A program made the translations under genes and the position numbers. From an uncultured Planctomycetia bacterium (GTDB lineage: Bacteria > Omnitrophota > Gorgyraeia > JABMRJ01), in contig CAZKWI010000002.1 of the NCBI GenBank assembly GCA_964556455.1, forward strand, positions 1 through 51,446: a DNA stretch of 51,446 bases, written 5' to 3'. Below are positions 28,169 through 34,702 of the stretch, one piece after another (position 1 is the first letter of the stretch; each line of letters starts with the position of its first letter). The notes beneath the pieces are model-generated. The model saw only the letters and a program-made list of their open reading frames with translations. It was not told the DNA's origin and made no database searches.

Positions 28169-29413
28169 TCAATCCGTCTTCCATGAAATATCGGGCGGCT
28201 GATACACGCCGCAAAATTCCGGTCTGAGATATTTATCTTTGGGTATTTTTATATAAATTTTACTTTCTCTGTGTACAGCCAAAGAGATACTGCCCTTTAT
28301 GCTCCTGATCTCTATATCAAAAACAAGATCTCCGGGAGTTAAATTATGGTTTTTTACGGTTATCTCGACATGGCCCTTTTTGGTTTTAGGAAAAAAACCG
28401 CCCATATGGGAAAAGACCCCGAAACATTTGCATCCAACATCCTTTCTATAGACGACCAAAGAGAATGTTATATCATCGAGTGGATAATCAAGGCAATCGT
28501 AATCGAAGCCGGCGGTTATGGGCTCCTGATATTTCAGTTGCAGCTCATCGTCCGCCTCCCTGGCCCGCGCGATCTTTACGTTAGTAAGCAAGGCGCCGTC
28601 CGTTGGCTTGGGCTGCGGTACGCCTAACCCGCCGTACCAGCCTGTCTTCTTGGTCGCCTCGCGCTCGAGGATCTCCACCGCATCGATCGGCTCACCGTCC
28701 GCGATAAGCCTGCCTTCTTTGAGCAAAATCGCCCTGTCGCAGTAATTTTTAATGTGGTGCAGATTATGCGATACCATTATTACGGTGGCATTGCTTTTTT
28801 TCAGACCGTTCATATACTCAAGGCATTTTTGCTGGAATACGATATCCCCTACCGCTAATATTTCGTCTACCAATAAAATATCAGGGTCCAGATGCGCGGC
28901 TATGGCAAATCCCAGACGTATAAGCATTCCGGAAGAATACCTCTTTACCGGCGTATCGGCGAACTTTTTATAATCGCTGAACCCGTATCCCGCGAATTCT
29001 ATGATAGAATCGAATTTTTTATCGATCTCTTTTTTGGCCATCCCCATGATAGCGCCGTTCAGATAAATATTCTCCCTGCCCGTAAACTGCGGATTAAAAC
29101 CCGCCCCGGCGGCGATAAGACAGGAGACCCGCCCTTTTTTGATTATACTCCCTTTGTTAGGCCGCATTATGCCCGCAATAAGTTTCAGCGTGGTCGTCTT
29201 TCCCGCGCCGTTGGGGCCTATAATACCCAGGATCGCGCCTTTTTCAACTTTGAAAGACACTTCCTTGAGCGCCTGGAAGGTCATATCTGCCGCATGCGGG
29301 GTTCTTCCGACCAACCGGCCTAAGACGTTGGGGATGGCGTCGCGCAAGGCCGCAGCCCTTTCGCCGCGGTTGAAACTCTTCCATATATCGTTAAACTCGA
29401 TAGCGTATTCCAT
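28169..29413 (-). CDS. wzt: Polysaccharide ABC exporter ATP-binding protein with C-terminal Wzt_C-like carbohydrate-binding domain
   Basis: 414 aa. Walker A GPNGAGKTT, signature YSSGMLIRLGFA and Walker B ILLVDEILAVGD. There is a ~150-aa beta-rich extension after the NBD (..ITFSLVVYRKDVGCKCFGVFS..VEITVKNHNLTPGDLVFDIEI..). 1-nt overlap with the permease gene. Confidence 0.85.
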   Translation of the reverse strand: MEYAIEFNDIWKSFNRGERAAALRDAIPNVLGRLVGRTPHAADMTFQALKEVSFKVEKGAILGIIGPNGAGKTTTLKLIAGIMRPNKGSIIKKGRVSCLIAAGAGFNPQFTGRENIYLNGAIMGMAKKEIDKKFDSIIEFAGYGFSDYKKFADTPVKRYSSGMLIRLGFAIAAHLDPDILLVDEILAVGDIVFQQKCLEYMNGLKKSNATVIMVSHNLHHIKNYCDRAILLKEGRLIADGEPIDAVEILEREATKKTGWYGGLGVPQPKPTDGALLTNVKIARAREADDELQLKYQEPITAGFDYDCLDYPLDDITFSLVVYRKDVGCKCFGVFSHMGGFFPKTKKGHVEITVKNHNLTPGDLVFDIEIRSIKGSISLAVHRESKIYIKIPKDKYLRPEFCGVYQPPDISWKTD

Positions 29414-30195
29414 TAAATATTCTCGGCAAAGAGATGTTCCGTTCTATGAAATAAGAATGCTCCTATAAAAAATATAACTGCAGATATAACTATCGCGGGT
29501 AAGAGCTGGCCTATCTGCGGAAATTCGCCTTTCAGTATAAGCGTCCGGTACGCGTTCAATATAGGTGTCATGGGGTTAAGCATCAGTACCTTCTGCAGCG
29601 CGGGCGAATCCACGCTGATAGGATAGATGACAGAGGTTACAAACATCCACAGGATTATAACCACATCGAATATATACTTAACGTCGCGAAAAAATAAGTT
29701 TCCCATGGACAAAAGCAGGGAGAGGCCCATCATTAAAACAACCTGAATTAGAAGGATAAACGGGAATAGGAGCGCGGTGGCATGGAAGGGTATATGATAA
29801 AAAAACATCAATCCTACCAAAACAAGAGAGGCCACGCAAAGATCTATGAATCTTGCCAGTATTATCGCCAAAGGAAAGACCTCGCGGGGAAAATATATCT
29901 TGGTTATCAGGTCGGCGTTTCCCACCAGGCTGTTCGTGGCTGATGTCAATGAACCGGCAAAAAAAGTCCATGGCAGGATGCCGCAATAGGCGAATATAGG
30001 ATAAGGGATCTCGCCCGTGGATATTTTTGTAATCTTGGAAAAGACAAATGTAAAGATAAGCATCATGGCCAGCGGCGTAAAAACAGCCCAGGCCATCCCC
30101 AGCAGGGCCTGCTTATAGCGCACCTTTACTTCCTTGATGACCAGCCTCGAAAGCAATTCCCTGTATTGAAAAATCTCCTTTAGGGCAGTGGACAT
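29413..30195 (-). CDS. wzm: ABC-2 type polysaccharide exporter permease
   Basis: 260 aa with 6 hydrophobic segments. The N-terminus YRELLSRLVIKEVKVRYKQALLGMAWAVFTPL is typical of Wzm/KpsM/TagG. Confidence 0.8.
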   Translation of the reverse strand: MSTALKEIFQYRELLSRLVIKEVKVRYKQALLGMAWAVFTPLAMMLIFTFVFSKITKISTGEIPYPIFAYCGILPWTFFAGSLTSATNSLVGNADLITKIYFPREVFPLAIILARFIDLCVASLVLVGLMFFYHIPFHATALLFPFILLIQVVLMMGLSLLLSMGNLFFRDVKYIFDVVIILWMFVTSVIYPISVDSPALQKVLMLNPMTPILNAYRTLILKGEFPQIGQLLPAIVISAVIFFIGAFLFHRTEHLFAENI

Positions 30196-30235
30196 GTGCC
30201 ATCCTTTCTTCCGTTCAAAAAATTAGCCCCGGCTC

Positions 30236-30958
30236 TCAGTCCTTTTCAGTATAGTCATAATAGTAATAATACGGATGCAGGCTTCTCATTTCCACCCTGT
30301 TAAATATCACCCCCAGGATGTGGGCTTTGGCGTTATTGAGCAGAGTCATGGCTCTCTGCACCGCGTCCCGGGGTGTCCGTTCCGCCATAATTACCAGGAG
30401 GACGCCGTCAACCAATGATCCTATAATAGTGGCGTCGGTCACAGCCAGTATGGACGCGCAATCGAATATGAACGTATCAAAATACCCCTTAATGTCTTCC
30501 AGCAGTTTCTCCATTTTATTTGAACCGATTAATTCTGACGGGTTCGGCGGTATTGAACCGCTGGTAATAATGCTTAAGTTCTCTATGCCTGACGGCTTTA
30601 GCGCCTTCTCCCAGCTTATTTTTCCGGTCAAGATTTCGGTCAGGCCCGGCGCTTTATCCAAACCGAAGATATTATGAAGCGTCGGTCTTCTCATATCGGT
30701 ATCGACCAGAAGTACGTTCCTGCCTATCTCGGCTATGGTTATCGCTAAATTCGCCGTAGTGATCGTCTTTCCTTCGCTCGGCCGGGAACTGGTGATAAGT
30801 ATCTTTCTTCCTTTCTGGGGCAGATTGGCATATTCTATATTCGTACGCAGGATGCGGTATGCTTCTGCCTCGGGTGATTTCGGGTCATAGTGAACGATCA
30901 ACCTGCTTTTAAGATCAGAGAGGGCCTCTTTAGGTCCCCTTTTTTTCCTTTCCGCCAT
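30236..30958 (-). CDS. BY-kinase (CpsD/CapB-type cytoplasmic tyrosine autokinase)
   Basis: 240 aa. Walker A SSRPSEGKT, Walker A' LLVDTDMRRP and Walker B-like FIFDCASIL. C-terminal tyrosine cluster HPYYYYYDYTEKD (30251..30271). Confidence 0.85.
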   Translation of the reverse strand: MAERKKRGPKEALSDLKSRLIVHYDPKSPEAEAYRILRTNIEYANLPQKGRKILITSSRPSEGKTITTANLAITIAEIGRNVLLVDTDMRRPTLHNIFGLDKAPGLTEILTGKISWEKALKPSGIENLSIITSGSIPPNPSELIGSNKMEKLLEDIKGYFDTFIFDCASILAVTDATIIGSLVDGVLLVIMAERTPRDAVQRAMTLLNNAKAHILGVIFNRVEMRSLHPYYYYYDYTEKD

Positions 30959-32496
30959 TATCCCCTCTTTTTTTTCTTTCTTTCGATAAATTCGTTTAAT
31001 GTCTTTGTTATTTGTTTGCGTTTCAAATTAATTATCTCCAGGAACTGTTTGCGCCTTTCTTTCTCCTCCCTGGTCATTATCCTGGGAATAACGCCGATTA
31101 CCGGCAGAGCCGTGTACAGCGTTACGTCCTGGATCGTCTTCAAAGACATGTCCATATGCTCTTCTATAAAGGCCGCCGCTATTCCCAGAACGATCCCTAA
31201 CAGACATCCTATCAGGATTTCGGATCTTTTCTTCTGGCTGACCGGAGCGGTCGGTTCAGTGGCGCGTCGAACCAGCTTCACCTTTCCTGTTACCATAGCT
31301 ATAGAAATACGGATCCTCTCTATTTTACCCGCCAATGCGTTATAAGTAGCCCTGATAGTGTTAGCCTCCCGCTTCAGGCGTACCAGCTTGGTGTCTTTAT
31401 TTATCACATCCCTGACATTTGAGTAATACTCCTCGATCAGATCCATCAGGGAAGCTTCCCTGACATTCGCGCTGCTTATCTCTATCTCCAATTGCAAGAT
31501 ATTTTTGATCCGGTCTTGATATACGGTCCAGGGATCCAGAACCGCTTTCTCAACAAGTACAACCTTGCCTGTTTCCTCGCTCAGTACCTCTTTGGTCTCA
31601 TCTATCCTTTCCTGTAATTCAATGACACTGGGGTGCTTCTCGGTATATTCTCTGAGCAAAAGAGAGCGCTCTACCTCGAGATCTATCAATTTCTCCCTGA
31701 GCTTTTCTATCACAGGACTTTTGGTCTTTGTTATTGAGGGCACAATGCCCAGCTCAAGCTTAGCCAGCTCTCCCCTCAATACGTTTAACTGCGCTTCGGC
31801 AATTTGCCGTTTCAGTTTGGTATCAATATATTGTTTTTCTAATCCGCCTACCCTGCCTATAGCCGGGTCCGCGACCTGGCCCACATCCGTTTTGTACCCA
31901 GACAGGGCTTCCTCTGTTTTTATTAACTTTTCCTTAAAAACCTCCAATTGTTCTTCTATATATTTAGCGGCAGAACGGGTTTCTTTCGTTAATTCTTTAA
32001 CGCTTTGAACTACAAAGACCTCGGCTGCGGCATTTGCTATATACATCGCCTTTTTAGGGTTATCGGCTATGGCCTTTACCTGCAATAAATTTGTATTTTC
32101 TATCTTAGCGGCCGAGACACTATTTTGGATACTGGCTATTGTCGATGGCAGTTCTGACCGCGCGGCATACTCTCCTATCCTCTTTGAGGCTCGGGCAGCC
32201 TTTATGCTTAAAGTCTTGGCAACCTTTTCCGCAAACTGAGGGCTTTCAAATATTCTAAGTTGAGTATCCATTACATCCGCGGGCACGTGCATAATAATGC
32301 CTTTTAAGAATTGGGAGGCGGCCGCAGGTTTTTCCAGCATTACTGTCGCGGTAGCGCTATAAAGAGTGGGGCTTTTTGGAGCGAAGATAGCGCTGGAGAG
32401 TGTTACCGATACTATAGCCAGGATCACGATCCATTTTCGCCTCTGAATGACCGATAAATAATCGCGTAAGCCTACGTCTCTCTCTTCCTGCCTCAT
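30958..32496 (-). CDS. Polysaccharide co-polymerase (Wzz/GumC-type, PCP-2b-like membrane adaptor of the BY-kinase)
   Basis: 512 aa. N-terminus LRDYLSVIQRRKWIVILAIVSVTLSSAIF (Wzz motif plus TM1). Long coiled-coil periplasmic region. TM2 ILIGCLLGIVLGIAAAFI, then LPVIGVIPRI and a basic tail ..ERKKKKRG. Confidence 0.8.
   Translation of the reverse strand: MRQEERDVGLRDYLSVIQRRKWIVILAIVSVTLSSAIFAPKSPTLYSATATVMLEKPAAASQFLKGIIMHVPADVMDTQLRIFESPQFAEKVAKTLSIKAARASKRIGEYAARSELPSTIASIQNSVSAAKIENTNLLQVKAIADNPKKAMYIANAAAEVFVVQSVKELTKETRSAAKYIEEQLEVFKEKLIKTEEALSGYKTDVGQVADPAIGRVGGLEKQYIDTKLKRQIAEAQLNVLRGELAKLELGIVPSITKTKSPVIEKLREKLIDLEVERSLLLREYTEKHPSVIELQERIDETKEVLSEETGKVVLVEKAVLDPWTVYQDRIKNILQLEIEISSANVREASLMDLIEEYYSNVRDVINKDTKLVRLKREANTIRATYNALAGKIERIRISIAMVTGKVKLVRRATEPTAPVSQKKRSEILIGCLLGIVLGIAAAFIEEHMDMSLKTIQDVTLYTALPVIGVIPRIMTREEKERRKQFLEIINLKRKQITKTLNEFIERKKKKRG
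30967..30973 (-). other. In-frame A_AAA_AAG heptamer (dnaX-type -1 slippery sequence) within an A8 run, 6 nt upstream of the PCP stop codon
   Basis: Minus strand reads ..GAA AGA AAG AAA AAA AAG AGG GGA TAA TGG.. in the PCP frame. The -1 frame after the heptamer reads GAG GGG ATA ATG GCG.., which is open and in phase with the BY-kinase ATG (30958..30956). Function is untested and the match could be coincidental lysine-codon usage. Confidence 0.25.
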
Positions 32497-34002
32497 CTAT
32501 TCCTCTCGCTCATCTTCCGATTGGCCTGCTTTTTTTCTCTTCCTGTATAATCTCGTCGGCATCCTCTTCTTTTTTTCTCTTTTAAGATACTTGTCTACCT
32601 CCCGGCTGATCTTTTCTCCTTTGCCTATTTCTTTTTGGACAGCCTCTTCGGCTTTTTCTTCCGTTAAGATGCGGGGGGTTATGAATATCATTAATTCTGT
32701 CTTTTCCACGACATCATTTGTAGTCCTGAATAAAAGGCCCAAGAGCGGTATATCACCGAGAAAGGGGACCTTTTGCACGGTTTTAAGCTTCCTGTCCTGC
32801 AATAATCCCCCTATGATCAGCGTCTTTCCGTCCTTAACGTTCACATGGGTATTTGTTTTGCGTGAGGCCTTTATGGGAATATTTTCTCTTTCTCCCTGCA
32901 CAAACGAGACCTCCGGCTCCAATTCCATATTCACAACATCTCCTTTTCTTATGCGGGGAGTGACCTTGAGAATTACGCCGACATCCACAAAGCTGGTTGT
33001 ATAAACAGCCGTGCCCGCAGAGGTGTTCCCGGTCAGTGTGTTAAACGGGAGCTTGGTCACTATCTCTATCTTTGCTTCTTCTCCATTTTCTACTAAGATC
33101 TTAGGCTGGGCTAAAAGATCTGCTTTGTTCTCTGTAAGCAAAGCGTCGATCACTGAGCTGAAGTCATATTGGTCGATCATTTGACTGATAAAAAGGCTCC
33201 CTCCCGAGGTCAAGGTAGCGAGTCCGATATTAGGTATGAGTGTCCTTAATTCCTCCGCAATTACCGCCCCCTGTGAAACTTTCTCCTGAGTGGTCAATTC
33301 CGTTGATAACGGCGGAATGGTGTTACTTTTATTATAGGTCGCCCCGACAAAATTCGTCCCGCCGATCTTATCTATAAACCACCTTATCCCCAATTCCTTA
33401 TCAATGTCGGCCTTGACCTCTATGATCTGGGCTTCGATCAGGATCTGGCGTTTATCCGGGCCATAGATATCCAATTCCCTGATCACCCTTTCTATCCCCG
33501 CCAAATTGGCCGGGATGTCAGTGGCTATCAATGAATTTGTCACTTCATCAGCATAGATACTGCCTGTTTCCGAAACTACGCCCATAACAGCTTCCCTCAC
33601 GATGGCGGCCTTGGCATAGTTTAAGCTGATCACCCTGGTCGCCTGCGATCCAGACTCTCCTGCCACCCTTACTGTGGTGATCAGGCCTCCTGTCCCTACC
33701 CCTGTCTTTTGAACAGTCACTACCGGTTTTTTAATATACACGGCCAGCCTATCCCGCAGTTCTTTCTCGAGTTTTGGGATCGTATTGCCGGCTGCCTTCA
33801 CTTCTCCGATCAGGGGGAATACGATATAGCCCGCCTGGTCCAGATTAAGCACCCGGTCCAGGTCTGCCTGTCGTTTCAGGCGTATCTCAACAGTGTCTCC
33901 CGGTTTTAAAATTTCCTCTTCCGCCATAACCCCCAAAGTGAATATGCTCAGGGTCAATGCTGAAAGGATTAAAACAAATACCCTTGTCTTTTGCGCTATC
34001 AT
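32497..34002 (-). CDS. Outer-membrane chimera: signal peptide, Wza-type Poly_export (PES) domain, Secretin_N-like domain, secretin domain, basic tail
   Basis: 501 aa. Signal peptide ..LSIFTLGVMA. aa 31-97 LKPGDTVEIRL...LDQAGYIVFPLIGEVKAAGNTIPKLEKELRDRL..YIKKPVVTVQ matches the Poly_export pattern. aa 121-177 VISLNYAKAAIVREAV...ADEVTNSLIATDIPANLAGIERVIRELD is an N1-type secretin domain. aa ~186-446 ILIEAQIIEV...VPFLGDIPLLGLLFR...ELMIFITPRIL is the secretin C-domain signature. The last ~55 aa are Lys/Arg/Glu-rich. Confidence 0.75.
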   Translation of the reverse strand: MIAQKTRVFVLILSALTLSIFTLGVMAEEEILKPGDTVEIRLKRQADLDRVLNLDQAGYIVFPLIGEVKAAGNTIPKLEKELRDRLAVYIKKPVVTVQKTGVGTGGLITTVRVAGESGSQATRVISLNYAKAAIVREAVMGVVSETGSIYADEVTNSLIATDIPANLAGIERVIRELDIYGPDKRQILIEAQIIEVKADIDKELGIRWFIDKIGGTNFVGATYNKSNTIPPLSTELTTQEKVSQGAVIAEELRTLIPNIGLATLTSGGSLFISQMIDQYDFSSVIDALLTENKADLLAQPKILVENGEEAKIEIVTKLPFNTLTGNTSAGTAVYTTSFVDVGVILKVTPRIRKGDVVNMELEPEVSFVQGERENIPIKASRKTNTHVNVKDGKTLIIGGLLQDRKLKTVQKVPFLGDIPLLGLLFRTTNDVVEKTELMIFITPRILTEEKAEEAVQKEIGKGEKISREVDKYLKREKKKRMPTRLYRKRKKAGQSEDEREE

Positions 34003-34025
34003 CTTTTACTCCTTTATACTAAGCC

Positions 34026-34571
34026 TTAATCGCGGGGCTCGTATTCTTTATAATCTATTTCTAGGTCTTCTTCCATTTTCTGCCTGTATGTTTCGCCGTG
34101 GTCTTCCTGATATTGAGTAACAACATCTTCTTTCAGGTGCTCTTCCCATTTGTTCCCGTATTCTTCTTTATAAAGTTCTATCCCCTCGTCTTCATAGTCC
34201 TCTTTGAGTTTTTTCTTATATCTGGAACCATATTTTTTTTTATACTCTGCAATGACTTCCTCTTTCATTTTTTCCTTGTAGCCTTCTCCGTGCTCTGCCT
34301 TGTAATAAGCTTCGGTCTCTTCTCCAAAGTCTTCTTTGAGTTTCTTGCCCCATTTATCTCCATATCTTTCTTTGTATATAGATATAAGATTTTCTTTGGC
34401 GTCATTTACGATCTTCTTTTTGTAGGTGCCGAAAAAATTGATGACGCCCGGTTTGGTTACATCAGACCCAACGGCGCCGGTGTCCGCCATTTCTTTTTGA
34501 ATGCTCAACCTGTTTATCTGCCTAAAGCCGCCTTTTTTCTTGCCTGTATCAAGATTGATCAATTTCCCCAT
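34026..34571 (-). CDS. Tyr/Lys/Glu-rich repeat protein of unknown function (possibly secreted; CDS may extend to 34631 with an ATC start)
   Basis: 181 aa from the first ATG. Five or six degenerate ~20-24-aa repeats with core Y-K-x-x-[YH]-G-x-x-[WY]-x-x-[KH]-[LM]-K-E-[DE] (YKERYGDKWGKKLKED / YKAEHGEGYKEKMKEE / YKKKYGSRYKKKLKED / YKEEYGNKWEEHLKED / YQEDHGETYRQKMEED). I recognise no family. See the finding on the upstream in-frame signal-peptide-like extension. Confidence 0.6.
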   Translation of the reverse strand: MGKLINLDTGKKKGGFRQINRLSIQKEMADTGAVGSDVTKPGVINFFGTYKKKIVNDAKENLISIYKERYGDKWGKKLKEDFGEETEAYYKAEHGEGYKEKMKEEVIAEYKKKYGSRYKKKLKEDYEDEGIELYKEEYGNKWEEHLKEDVVTQYQEDHGETYRQKMEEDLEIDYKEYEPRD

Positions 34572-34702
34572 GGCTATGGCTGCGGCGATTATAATTATTA
34601 TAATTTTAAACTCTCTTTTTTCTTTTTTGATATCGCTTTACTCCTGTTTAACCTAAGGCCCTGTAATAAGCGCAGAATACGGCGCTGCCTTTATCTCTAT
34701 AT

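Noticed and set aside
30933-30952. Downstream stem GGGGACC-TAAAGA-GGCCCTC as a stimulator for the putative -1 frameshift
   Set aside because: It starts ~28 nt after the slippery heptamer, whereas typical stimulators lie 5-9 nt away. It also contains a mismatch and a G-U pair, so it does not support programmed frameshifting on its own.
34100-34450. Periodic ~60-70-nt DNA repetition that could be mistaken for a CRISPR-like or tandem-repeat array
   Set aside because: The periodicity is the nucleotide image of the degenerate protein repeats (YK..YG..W/YKKKLKED). The units are diverged, are in-frame coding sequence, and have no unique spacers.
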